A stretch of DNA of 64,000 nucleotides from a virus. The notes under the pieces are model-generated. The model was not told the origin of the DNA and did no database searches. It saw only the letters and a list, made by a program, of their open reading frames with translations. Positions 1-8,453 of the stretch are shown piece by piece (within the stretch, counting starts at the first letter, position 1; each line of letters begins with the position of its first letter). The translations under genes and the position numbers were made by a program. The stretch is from IMG/VR virus record IMGVR_UViG_3300045988_139610. One strand, written 5' to 3'.

Positions 1-43
1 ATGATATCTCCTTAAGCTACTAACTCAAATCTATATTCTAGTT

Positions 44-298
44 TTATTCCTTATAATTTTTAGGGTATCTATAAAATACCATCTTGGTTATAGCGTGGAA
101 GGTACAAGGCGCTCCCTTATCAACTGTTATAATATTCAATAATGGCACTTCTTTTTTATGATAATTTACTGGGTATAAATGTATATCATTATTTATTTCC
201 ATAAGAACAGATGTGTTAAATTCTACATATTTTATATTATCATTATAATAAAAACTAGGATTTAAAATATCTCCCTTTTTAAATACTTTATATTTCAT
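44..298 (-). CDS. hypothetical protein (84 aa)
   Basis: ORF-track ORF; AGGAGG 5 nt upstream of ATG at 298; no recognisable motif. Confidence 0.6.
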   Translation of the reverse strand: MKYKVFKKGDILNPSFYYNDNIKYVEFNTSVLMEINNDIHLYPVNYHKKEVPLLNIITVDKGAPCTFHAITKMVFYRYPKNYKE

Positions 299-443
299 AA
301 TAACCTCCTAAATAATATGTTTTACTAAATTATATCACAGTTCTAGTTGCAATTTCCACAGTTAAAGTTATTTTGAATAATAAATTTTATATTCACTTTT
401 CAATGTACGTTTTCTTACTAATCCACAGTTATAGTTTCATACC

Positions 444-554
444 CTATTTTTCTAAGTATTCTAAAACTTCCTCATTCTCATCTATTTTATATAATTGAAT
501 CAAATATAAATCTTTTGTATTGATATAATCAACATATAACTTCAACTCTTCCAC
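444..554 (-). CDS. possible small ORF (36 aa, GTG start)
   Basis: hand-translated; AGGAAGGAG 8 nt upstream of GTG at 554; below ORF-track cutoff. Confidence 0.2.
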   Translation of the reverse strand: MEELKLYVDYINTKDLYLIQLYKIDENEEVLEYLEK

Positions 555-571
555 ATTACCAACTCCTTCCT

Positions 572-591
572 AGAGGGAATTAATTCCCTCT
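572..591 (-). other. palindromic hairpin AGAGGGAAT/ATTCCCTCT ending exactly where the next SD begins
   Basis: perfect inverted repeat read in sequence; no U-tract on the transcribed strand, so not a canonical terminator. Confidence 0.5.
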
Positions 592-617
592 TTATAATTT
601 TATTAATTATTTTCAAT

Positions 618-1748
618 CTAAAAATCGAATAATTCGTCCTCGTCATCATCACCATCTGATAATATATCTAAATCTCCGTCCTCATCTAATAATTCTGGTT
701 TAGGTTCATTACCTTTACTTAATAACTCGTTTAATGTTAAAGGTACTGGTATTGCTCCTTTACTATATCCTCTACCTATTGAAGATATTTCCATTCTTCT
801 TTGCATAGACCCCATTCCTGCACCATATTGTTGTTTCAAATCTTCAATATCCATTAATCCGTACTTAACAAGTTCTTTTTCTTCATCGCTTAACATATCT
901 TCATTAAATGGCACTTCTTCATGTCTATTTATTAATCTAACTCTATACCCCATTTTACATAATTCATTATCGTCAAAGTTATCTAATAGCATTTTATCTA
1001 TTAATTTAGCCATTTTCTTAGCTTTCTCACTATCCTCACCTAATGGGTATTCAAATGATTGATAAAATCCTATATCAGCCTTTTTCTTAGAATTATACTC
1101 TGGTATATATCCATTTATAACTAATAGATTCTCTTCTTCTAATCTGCTATCGTCTAAACAATCTTCTGTTATATAAAATTCTACGTTTGCTAATGCTTTT
1201 TCTTCCGCCTCGTCATTTATAACATATATTCTTTGCACATTGTAATTTGTATAAATCTTTTCTTCGTGTGTTTTAGGATTAGTATAACTTGAATATTCTA
1301 TATTACCTTGTACTTTAAATTTTTTGTCTTTATAAGCATCTGATTTTAATATTGAGTGTACTGCCATTGAATAATCAAATTCATTACTGCACTCTACTCT
1401 TTCTTCGTTTTCGTCTACGAATACCAGTTTACGGAAGTTTGCGATTCTATCTTCATATTTTTCTCTGTCTTTATATTTAAAGTTAGTTGATTCAAATTTA
1501 CCGTCATTATCTAATATGGTATATATAGTTGAATCATTAACATTAAGTGTCCCATCTGAAGTTCTTTTGACATTATTCATGAAAGATTTTATTTGAAGAT
1601 TAAAGTTATCTTTATCACATTTCATATTCAAATTTAATTGTCTAATATTACAACCAGAATCTAATAGTTTATCACTAAAAGCTTTTCTATTTTCTCTATC
1701 TGGTGCTATTGATAATTTTCCAATCATAACAAAATTTAAATTACTCAT
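618..1748 (-). CDS. putative ssDNA-binding-type protein with acidic SSB-like C-terminal tip (…DDDEDELFDF)
   Basis: 376-aa ORF with SD AAGGAGAG; the CDS is solid, the function rests only on the C-terminal tail resembling the bacterial SSB tip DDDIPF. Confidence 0.45.
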   Translation of the reverse strand: MSNLNFVMIGKLSIAPDRENRKAFSDKLLDSGCNIRQLNLNMKCDKDNFNLQIKSFMNNVKRTSDGTLNVNDSTIYTILDNDGKFESTNFKYKDREKYEDRIANFRKLVFVDENEERVECSNEFDYSMAVHSILKSDAYKDKKFKVQGNIEYSSYTNPKTHEEKIYTNYNVQRIYVINDEAEEKALANVEFYITEDCLDDSRLEEENLLVINGYIPEYNSKKKADIGFYQSFEYPLGEDSEKAKKMAKLIDKMLLDNFDDNELCKMGYRVRLINRHEEVPFNEDMLSDEEKELVKYGLMDIEDLKQQYGAGMGSMQRRMEISSIGRGYSKGAIPVPLTLNELLSKGNEPKPELLDEDGDLDILSDGDDDEDELFDF

Positions 1749-1830
1749 ATATACATCTCTCCTTTATTAATCATTTTTATTAATATTTTATTTTGGCACT
1801 TCATATATTTTACATTTTAATCACCTCTTA

Positions 1831-1874
1831 TATTAGTATATTAACATAACCATATATAAAATTACCTATGAATT
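1831..1874 (-). promoter_or_regulatory. class-2 promoter-like two-box motif, copy a (ATAGGTAAT-N15-GTTAATA)
   Basis: minus strand reads TTCATAGGTAATTTTATATATGGTTATGTTAATATACTAATATAAGAGGTG; one of 8 copies with identical 15-nt spacing. Confidence 0.55.
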
Positions 1875-1875
1875 A

Positions 1876-2025
1876 TTATTTTTTATATCTTAAACTATAT
1901 ATTATTTCTCCTATTATTAATGACACTAAAACTACTACATAAGGAGTTACAAATTCTACTCGAAAAATTAATACTAGAGATAAGATTATAATAATACATC
2001 TTATAATCAAATCTTTTAAATTCAT
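1876..2025 (-). CDS. small hydrophobic protein (49 aa)
   Basis: hand-translated MNLKDLIIRCIIIILSLVLIF…; SD GGAGGTGAAGAG upstream; start overlaps the stop of the upstream small ORF (ATGA). Confidence 0.4.
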   Translation of the reverse strand: MNLKDLIIRCIIIILSLVLIFRVEFVTPYVVVLVSLIIGEIIYSLRYKK

Positions 2026-2198
2026 TTCTCTTCACCTCCTTCTATTAACTCAAAAAATTTACCGATACTATATATTCTATCACAATATTCAACTAAGTAT
2101 TTTTCTCTATCTCTTTGTCTTAAATCCATTCTTGCAGAATATATTGTGTTATAAACTTTCACTACTTTTAAACTACCATTAGTTATTAATTTTATCAT
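2022..2198 (-). CDS. small hypothetical protein (58 aa)
   Basis: hand-translated MIKLITNGSLKVVKVYN…; SD AAAGGAGAG upstream; below ORF-track cutoff. Confidence 0.4.
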   Translation of the reverse strand: MIKLITNGSLKVVKVYNTIYSARMDLRQRDREKYLVEYCDRIYSIGKFFELIEGGEEK

Positions 2199-2262
2199 AT
2201 TAACATCTCTCCTTTTTTTTATTAATTATTTTTATTTACTTCCTATTTCATATTAATTTCTT

Positions 2263-2427
2263 CTATTCTAACTCTTCCAATGTTCCTTCTACGAATACTG
2301 TCTTGACGCACTCTTTAGTGTCTTTATAATAAAAGAAACATTTCTCGCATTGTTTGTTAGATAACAACTCACACACTTCATTTGAATCAAGCTTTTTCAA
2401 TATATCTTTTAATTCTTCTATTGTCAT
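2263..2427 (-). CDS. small Cys-containing protein (54 aa)
   Basis: hand-translated MTIEELKDILKKLDSNEVCELLSNKQCEKCFFYY…; SD AAGGAGTGAG; TTGACG-N-TATACT promoter-like sequence upstream. Confidence 0.45.
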   Translation of the reverse strand: MTIEELKDILKKLDSNEVCELLSNKQCEKCFFYYKDTKECVKTVFVEGTLEELE

Positions 2428-2491
2428 ATTAAATCTCACTCCTTAACATAAATAAGTATATCATATTGTAAATATTCGTCAATACTTTTTA

Positions 2492-3265
2492 TTAATTATT
2501 TTCGGCTTTTTCTATTCTATTTTTAGCTATATTAAAGTAATTCTCATCTAGTTCAATTCCTATAAATTTACGATTAGTATTCATACAAGCAACCCCTGTA
2601 CTACCACTGCCCATAGTAAAATCTAATACTAAATCATTTTCATTAGTATATGTCTTAATCCAATATTCAAGTAATTTAATAGGTTTTTGTGTAGGATGTA
2701 TCCTATTTAAATTATTACATTCTCCTATAATTTTACTTAAACTATATAAATTTGTAGGATATCTTTTTGTATTATCATAATTTTTACTAAGTTTTGTAAT
2801 ATGTTTCCCATAATTATTGCTCGAATAACCTTCTTTGCTAATTGGTCTAATATTTTTTTGTTCTGCGTCAGTCATTTGAGGATTGTATATTGGTAATTTT
2901 TTATAAAAGACGCATATATCTTCTGTTCTTTTTAAAGGCATTCGTTTAGCATTAAGAAAACCACTTGGTAATTGTTTGTCCCATGTTATCCTATATTTAA
3001 ATTCTTTTAAATTACTACATATTAATTTACTTGTAAACGGCTCATCTGAAAATAATAATATAGGTGTATTTTTATTAATTAGTTTATGTATTTTTCCCCA
3101 CATACAATTAAAAGGAATTATTTCATCCCATTTATTTCTCGATGTTATTCCATATGGAATATCTGTAAATATCATATCAACTTTCATACCTTTTTCGATT
3201 AACATATCCATCACTTCTAAGCAATCGCCTTGATATAATTTATATCTTTCATTTTCTATACCCAT
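2492..3265 (-). CDS. DNA methyltransferase (N6/N4 type, DPPY-like motif)
   Basis: FTDIPYG (D/N-PP-Y/F-type motif) and LDFTMGSGSTGVA…IGIELD AdoMet-binding motif; paralog of 49537..50313. Confidence 0.9.
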   Translation of the reverse strand: MGIENERYKLYQGDCLEVMDMLIEKGMKVDMIFTDIPYGITSRNKWDEIIPFNCMWGKIHKLINKNTPILLFSDEPFTSKLICSNLKEFKYRITWDKQLPSGFLNAKRMPLKRTEDICVFYKKLPIYNPQMTDAEQKNIRPISKEGYSSNNYGKHITKLSKNYDNTKRYPTNLYSLSKIIGECNNLNRIHPTQKPIKLLEYWIKTYTNENDLVLDFTMGSGSTGVACMNTNRKFIGIELDENYFNIAKNRIEKAENN

Positions 3266-3277
3266 ATTAATACCTCC

Positions 3278-3439
3278 TTAATATAATCTCCTTTTATGTT
3301 TATCTTTTCTAGTATAAGTCTTTTTACTTTTCTTTATCCCAGTGCCTCTTTTAACTTCTTGTAGATGTTCATGTATGTTTTCTATTTTACCAACATGATT
3401 GAAATCCTTACCTTTTAATGTAAATTTTATCTTTTTCAT
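3278..3439 (-). CDS. small basic protein (53 aa)
   Basis: hand-translated MKKIKFTLKGKDFNHVGKIEN…; SD GGAAGGTGA upstream. Confidence 0.4.
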   Translation of the reverse strand: MKKIKFTLKGKDFNHVGKIENIHEHLQEVKRGTGIKKSKKTYTRKDKHKRRLY

Positions 3440-3510
3440 TCTTATCACCTTCCTATAAATACATTATATCACATTGAAATATAATATCGATACCTTTTAT
3501 TAATTATTTT

Positions 3511-4776
3511 CTATATTACAAACACATTATTTTTCTTATCTATTATAGTAACCTTTTTACTCATATCAGAGAATAAAAATGATTCTTCAGCTTTAAATTT
3601 TAATTGTTCTTTAGCTTCATTACTACCATGATGAATTAAAATTTTTTGGCAATTCAATCCTTTCATATAATTAATTAATTCATCTTGTTGAATATGTCCA
3701 CTGAAGGTTTTACAAATAACTATTTCACATCTTATATTCACTCTTTTGTTTTCAATAGTAACACTTTTAGCTCCTTGTTGTATTTTTCCTGCTAACGTTG
3801 CAGGTGAAGAATACCCAACAAATATGATGCAATCTTTGCTTTTACCTGCTATTTCTTTTAAATATTCAACGGAATGCCCACCACAAAACATTCCCGATGA
3901 AGATATAATCACACATGGTTCTTTTTGTTTGGCTAAAACTTGAGTTTTTTTATAATTGTCAACAAATATAAAGTTTTCCCAACTTAATACTCTTTTCCAA
4001 CGTTCAAGTAAATCTCCTTCTAATATATTCTCATACACTTTATTTATTTCATTAGTTAATCTACTATCCACTATAACTTTTACATTTTTAAATTCTTTCT
4101 CATCTTTAAACATATGATATAATAAATCCATTATAGACTGACTTCTATCGTAACTGAAACAAGGAATCAGTACTCTATTCCCATTATAGACAACTTCTCT
4201 TATTTTAGCCAATAAATTAAAGATTTCTTGTTTATGCTCTTTCTTTGTAAATCCATCACTTCTATCTCCATAAGTAGATTCTAAAATTGCTATATTACAT
4301 TTAGATACTTGCTTTCTATCAAAAGAATACGGTTTGGATAATTGATTATTATTACTACCTAAATCACTCGAATATAATAATTTAACCACTCTTCCACTAG
4401 GTTTTTTAATGTAAAGTATTATACTTGTACTTCCACAACAATGGTTATTATCTATAAATTGTACGGATAAATTACTATCTATTTTGTGAGTTTTATTTCT
4501 CTCTACAACTTTTATACGGTCTATAGCTTTATATGTGTCTGATTCATCGTATAACAATTCATACTTTTTACCTTTATTATTCATACTTATTACATTTCTT
4601 TGATGAATAAAAGCAGAATCTAATAACATAGGTTTCATTATTTCTGAATTTTCATAAGTTGTTATTATATCACCTTGAAAACCTCTACTTATTCCAGCTG
4701 GTATATTTGCTATATGGTCAGGCATGGCAGTGTGCAACAAGCACACAACTTGCAAGGTTAAATGGTATATTGTCAA
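3511..4776 (-). CDS. metallo-beta-lactamase / beta-CASP nuclease, C-terminal part of a frame-split gene
   Basis: contains …DHIANIPAG, ESTYG and HHGS motifs; the real reading frame enters at GAC (4717-4719), continuing HCHA from ORF 4718..5395. Confidence 0.75.
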   Translation of the reverse strand: MTIYHLTLQVVCLLHTAMPDHIANIPAGISRGFQGDIITTYENSEIMKPMLLDSAFIHQRNVISMNNKGKKYELLYDESDTYKAIDRIKVVERNKTHKIDSNLSVQFIDNNHCCGSTSIILYIKKPSGRVVKLLYSSDLGSNNNQLSKPYSFDRKQVSKCNIAILESTYGDRSDGFTKKEHKQEIFNLLAKIREVVYNGNRVLIPCFSYDRSQSIMDLLYHMFKDEKEFKNVKVIVDSRLTNEINKVYENILEGDLLERWKRVLSWENFIFVDNYKKTQVLAKQKEPCVIISSSGMFCGGHSVEYLKEIAGKSKDCIIFVGYSSPATLAGKIQQGAKSVTIENKRVNIRCEIVICKTFSGHIQQDELINYMKGLNCQKILIHHGSNEAKEQLKFKAEESFLFSDMSKKVTIIDKKNNVFVI

Positions 4777-5395
4777 TCATTTTTTTATTACTATTATAAT
4801 CTTCTACCATGTTATTAGTTTGAATTCCTCCAGATTCAAGTAATATTAAATTCCTATTACCATTGTCTAAAGGATATTCCACAGCTATACAACTACCAGT
4901 GACATCCTCTGTAGACCCACCAACACTCGTTATAATTATTTTATTTTTAAACTTTTTATTGTTAGCAAAATGATGCTTAAATTTTTTCTTTTCTATTATA
5001 TTTAAATTTTCTTTTCTATTATCTAATATATCACCATTCAGATATTCTATTTTATTATCTGAATTGGTTAAAAGGTTAGGTAAATCATAAGTATAATGCT
5101 CATCTTGTCCCACTATGTATTTACCACATCTTTTCCATATTTTATCTTTGACTAAATCTATGTCTTCAATATCTATTAAAATTGTTTCTCCTGTTTCTTC
5201 TGTGGTTAAATCGTCATACAGTACTATTTCAGCATAATTTTCATGTTTTATTATTTCATTAGCTTCATTTGAATCATGCTGATTATTTGATATACATATT
5301 CCAAATTCTCTATATTCATTCAAATGTTTATTACATAACATTTCTTTATTTTTATGTAATAGTTTTTTGCCACAAATTTTGCAGTGTCTATCCAT
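4718..5395 (-). CDS. Zn-ribbon / degenerate HNH-like N-terminal region plus start of the MBL fold (frame-split gene, N-terminal part)
   Basis: CKICGKK…C Zn-ribbon; IEYLNGDILDNRKENL resembles an HNH motif; ends …LVAHCHA then TGA inside the HxHxDH motif. Confidence 0.7.
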   Translation of the reverse strand: MDRHCKICGKKLLHKNKEMLCNKHLNEYREFGICISNNQHDSNEANEIIKHENYAEIVLYDDLTTEETGETILIDIEDIDLVKDKIWKRCGKYIVGQDEHYTYDLPNLLTNSDNKIEYLNGDILDNRKENLNIIEKKKFKHHFANNKKFKNKIIITSVGGSTEDVTGSCIAVEYPLDNGNRNLILLESGGIQTNNMVEDYNSNKKMIDNIPFNLASCVLVAHCHA

Positions 5396-5467
5396 ATCTT
5401 ATCTCTCCTTTATAGTTTTGTATGCTATTAATAAATCTTTTTGACACTTTATCTTTATAGTACACAA

Positions 5468-5599
5468 CTACTTCTTTGATATTTTTTCTTTTTCAGTTGT
5501 AAACATTCCTTTAGTTCTTAATTCATTATAACAACTTTCACAATAGCTAACTTCTCCATTTTTTAATTTCTTTCCACAATGAATACAATGTTTGCTCAT
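5468..5599 (-). CDS. small zinc-ribbon protein (43 aa)
   Basis: hand-translated MSKHCIHCGKKLKNGEVSYCESCYNEL…; SD AGAAAGGAG; N-terminus resembles that of ORF 4718..5395. Confidence 0.45.
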   Translation of the reverse strand: MSKHCIHCGKKLKNGEVSYCESCYNELRTKGMFTTEKEKISKK

Positions 5600-5617
5600 A
5601 TCTTTATTCTCCTTTCT

Positions 5618-5635
5618 AGGGAGGAATCCCTCCCT
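5618..5635 (-). other. hairpin AGGGAGG/CCTCCCT directly abutting the SD of 5468..5599
   Basis: inverted repeat read in sequence; no U-tract. Confidence 0.4.
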
Positions 5636-5664
5636 CTTCGTATTATAAAATTTATTAATTATTT

Positions 5665-6825
5665 TTAGTCATCCAAAGGTTCTTTTAAATATTCACAATC
5701 AAAGACGTCATCAGTGAATGCACATTTATGAAAGTCTGTACATTCATTAAAGTCTGGACAGAAATGGCAACAAATATTAGTTCCACGATGTAACCCACAT
5801 TCAGTTGGTTCCTCACATTCTTTTATATCTTCTTGTTTATTTTCTTTACAAGTGCAATCTTCACAAGGTACTTCACATTTACATTCATTATCTAATTCAT
5901 CTAATTTATTCTCCATATATTCACATATATCTGCTTTTTCTGCATATTCACATAATTTATCACATTTATCAAAGTTCTCACACGTATAACAACATCTATT
6001 TTCAAACTCGTCACATTTAACCTCTTCATTACATTTAAAGTCTTCACCTAATACTTCTTTGACAGCTTCTCCTAATGTCATATCTGGTTCTGTATTACCT
6101 TCTATTTCTTTTATTTTATCTTGTATTTCTTTTTCTGAAGGTTTATCTTCGTCTGGTATGATATTTACATAGGATTTCATCTCTTCGATAAAAGCGTTCC
6201 ATTCTGATTCTGTCATTTCTTCTTTTTCCATATCTTCTAATGCTTTTGCTAATCGCTCTTCTTCGCTAGGTTCTTCCTTTATTATTTTATATTCTAAAGC
6301 TTTATCAAAATCTATCCAAAAATCACGTCCTTTATATTTATCCAAAATTTCTTGAGTTAGACCAGTATCTCGAGTAACTATATCATCTAATATTTTTTGT
6401 ATTTTATTCATTCTTTTTGTTTCACTTTCTAAGTCGCTTAATTTATCCATCCTCATCATTGAAAGTTCATGATACATTAAACTACCAAATTTACTCATTG
6501 TTCTATAATCACAAGCACAAAACAAATACATACCTGCTGAAAATGCATGACTACTTACTCTTCCTTTAAATATTATACCTTGTTCCTCCTTCATTCTTTC
6601 CATTAGGTCATATATCTCTAAATATTTATATAAACTACCGCCGTTACTATTAATTCTAAATTCCACTTCATCACAATATAAAGGTAAATAATCAGATTGA
6701 TATTTTAATCTTTCATTTGTTTCAATTATAGCTTTATTTTTATCATATATATCTAATAGTTCATTAACTACATAATTTCCTAATTCATCATCAAGTTCCC
6801 CAGTAAAGTTTATTATTCTTTCCAT
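5665..6825 (-). CDS. ClpP/S14-like serine protease with long acidic Cys-rich C-terminal extension
   Basis: INSNGGSLY…IYDLM…FSAGMYLF…SLMYHEL pattern typical of ClpP-family proteases; about 21 Cys in the last ~115 aa by my count. Confidence 0.75.
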   Translation of the reverse strand: MERIINFTGELDDELGNYVVNELLDIYDKNKAIIETNERLKYQSDYLPLYCDEVEFRINSNGGSLYKYLEIYDLMERMKEEQGIIFKGRVSSHAFSAGMYLFCACDYRTMSKFGSLMYHELSMMRMDKLSDLESETKRMNKIQKILDDIVTRDTGLTQEILDKYKGRDFWIDFDKALEYKIIKEEPSEEERLAKALEDMEKEEMTESEWNAFIEEMKSYVNIIPDEDKPSEKEIQDKIKEIEGNTEPDMTLGEAVKEVLGEDFKCNEEVKCDEFENRCCYTCENFDKCDKLCEYAEKADICEYMENKLDELDNECKCEVPCEDCTCKENKQEDIKECEEPTECGLHRGTNICCHFCPDFNECTDFHKCAFTDDVFDCEYLKEPLDD

Positions 6826-6862
6826 AATATCTATCCTCCTAAATTTTATTAATTATTTTTAA

Positions 6863-7690
6863 TTACATATTTATTGTTAAATCATTTTCTTCATATAAAC
6901 CGTATTTAATTGCTAAATCTTTTATTACAATTAATATTGCCTCAATTAATAACTTGTCTTCGTTTATTATGTCTAATTTATTTATTTTATCTGCTTTTGT
7001 TTTACTTACACCATTTTTAATAGCATTATTTTTTCTATTTTTTAATCTAGTATTTAAATTAACTCCAAATCTGTTATCTATTTCTTTATATATTTCATCA
7101 TATACAACCTTATGATTTATACCAGTTTTATATGTTATCTTATTTACCATATTTTTCACATCTGCTCTCCAATTATCTTTCGATAATGATATTAAGTCTT
7201 GTATATTATCTAATGAATTTTGAAGTCCTTTTATATCTTTTTCCATTTGTTTCTGTTTTAATTCTTGTTCAACCATACTATCAAATAATATTTTGAATGA
7301 CTGAAGATTAGGTGATAATTCTGTTGTGTCTATTGCTTGCATTTGTGCTAATTCCATTTCGTTGAAACGTTTAACATATTTTGCTGTAAATATTATACCT
7401 TTTTCACCTGTCATTTTGTTTGCTAACATTTCACAACCCATTTTAGTACATTCATAAAACGGTTTTTTTCTATTCATACTATCTTTGTAACTTGATTTTA
7501 TAAAGTAATCAGATAGGTGTAATTCTGCACTTATCTCTATAGTCGGTTTTATACCAACTATCCCACGTTTTTCATTTCCTTCTATCATCCACATTATTTC
7601 CTTATGTTCTTTTCCCATCATCTTAGCTACTTCATAACTAGGAATTGTTTCAACTTTCTTTCCTTTATTTATATCAATTATATTACTCAT
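6863..7690 (-). CDS. Rha-family phage regulatory protein / antirepressor
   Basis: IPSYEVAKMMGKEHKEIMWMIEG resembles the Rha N-terminal domain; start moved to the ATG 8 nt after AGGGAGAG (track start 7699 is GTG). Confidence 0.7.
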   Translation of the reverse strand: MSNIIDINKGKKVETIPSYEVAKMMGKEHKEIMWMIEGNEKRGIVGIKPTIEISAELHLSDYFIKSSYKDSMNRKKPFYECTKMGCEMLANKMTGEKGIIFTAKYVKRFNEMELAQMQAIDTTELSPNLQSFKILFDSMVEQELKQKQMEKDIKGLQNSLDNIQDLISLSKDNWRADVKNMVNKITYKTGINHKVVYDEIYKEIDNRFGVNLNTRLKNRKNNAIKNGVSKTKADKINKLDIINEDKLLIEAILIVIKDLAIKYGLYEENDLTINM

Positions 7691-7777
7691 ATTTCTCACT
7701 CTCCCTTATTAATTATTTTTAATCCTTTACTATTTTTGTCGAGGTATTTCAATAAATTTACATTTTAATCACCTTCT

Positions 7778-7820
7778 TATTATAGTATTATCAAAACTGT
7801 TATTGAAATTACCTATAATT
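7778..7820 (-). promoter_or_regulatory. class-2 promoter-like two-box motif, copy b
   Basis: minus strand TTATAGGTAATTTCAATAACAGTTTTGATAATACTATAATAAGAAGGTG. Confidence 0.5.
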
Positions 7821-7860
7821 TAAAATTTATATTTCATATTATCTCCTCCTTATAGTAATA

Positions 7861-7888
7861 ATTATATCATACCTATATTATTTGTCAA
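7861..7888 (-). promoter_or_regulatory. sigma-A-type promoter (TTGACA-16-TATAAT)
   Basis: minus strand TTGACAAATAATATAGGTATGATATAAT, preceded by the 15-mer at 7895-7909. Confidence 0.6.
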
Positions 7889-7894
7889 TACATT

Positions 7895-7909
7895 TTATTA
7901 ATTATTTTT
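7895..7909 (-). repeat. representative copy of the gene-boundary 15-mer AAAAATAATTAATAA (UP-element position)
   Basis: exact copy; contains the stop codon of 7902..8441 and sits just 5' of TTGACA. Confidence 0.8.
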
Positions 7910-8441
7910 GCATTAAATCTAAAATAGTACATATATCAATATCGTTATTATTTTTTCGTAATTTATCACAATCTGGCTTATAGCAACAATTGTTACAACT
8001 GTCTATTACAAAATCTTGATACAATATGTTCAATATTCTATCTGCTTTATTAGCACACTGTGCTTTCATTCTTTTCATCATATTTTCTTCATTAATGCTA
8101 ATACTAATTTCATTCCAGCTAATTACATGACTTATTTGACAATAATTATTAAAATCTGTTCCCTTCCAATAAGGCTGTACTGAATGTTCTGTACCATCTA
8201 TAAGTTCTAATTCAATTTTCACTATATCATCAGACATAGACAATCTATTAAAAGGACTCAAGTCATTTGTAAATGAATGATATTCAATATTGTCCATCTT
8301 CTCAATAACACATTCAAAATTATAATATTCATTATCTACTTTTGATATATTCAATTTTGTAAAATTTTCAATCGGTATTTCAACATACTCACAATTTTCA
8401 CAAACGAATGTTACCGATTTTATTTCTTTTATATTATTCAT
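7902..8441 (-). CDS. hypothetical protein with Cys-rich C-terminus
   Basis: 179-aa ORF with SD AGGAGGGG; CNNCCYKPDCDKL motif. Confidence 0.7.
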   Translation of the reverse strand: MNNIKEIKSVTFVCENCEYVEIPIENFTKLNISKVDNEYYNFECVIEKMDNIEYHSFTNDLSPFNRLSMSDDIVKIELELIDGTEHSVQPYWKGTDFNNYCQISHVISWNEISISINEENMMKRMKAQCANKADRILNILYQDFVIDSCNNCCYKPDCDKLRKNNNDIDICTILDLMQK

Positions 8442-8453
8442 AAAAACCCCTCC

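Noticed and set aside
333-435. Three CCACAGTT/TCACAGTT words (near 337, 356 and 424) resembling degenerate DnaA boxes
   Set aside because: Each has one or two mismatches to TTATCCACA, and they are few and irregularly spaced. This is insufficient to call anything.
2976-3233. Antisense ORF-track ORFs inside larger genes: 2976..3233, 3746..3943, 5805..6020, 8665..8874, 12034..12228, 12857..13039, 13773..14036, 15333..15557, 16782..17024, 18289..18510, 18581..18772, 23095..23430, 25069..25263, 26525..26797, 28613..28804, 32151..32333, 37113..37316
   Set aside because: All lie opposite a longer ORF that has an SD and, in many cases, recognisable domains. They lack an SD and have low-complexity I/L/F/S-rich translations typical of the antisense of AT-rich genes.
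4715-4725. prfB-like programmed +1 frameshift at GCC TGA C in the beta-CASP gene
   Set aside because: It is kept only as a remote alternative. There is no SD-like stimulator 3 nt upstream, and tRNA-Ala re-pairing from GCC to CCU is unfavourable. A sequencing error or a pseudogene is simpler.
7690-7699. N-terminal extensions in the ORF track that begin at GTG/TTG just upstream of an ATG (for example 7699, 11688, 14575, 22549, 30271, 33265, 35697, 38277, 39261, 49084, 50324, 52589, 52841, 54167, 55572)
   Set aside because: In each case the SD lies inside or too close to the extension and is correctly spaced for the downstream ATG, so the shorter CDS was preferred.
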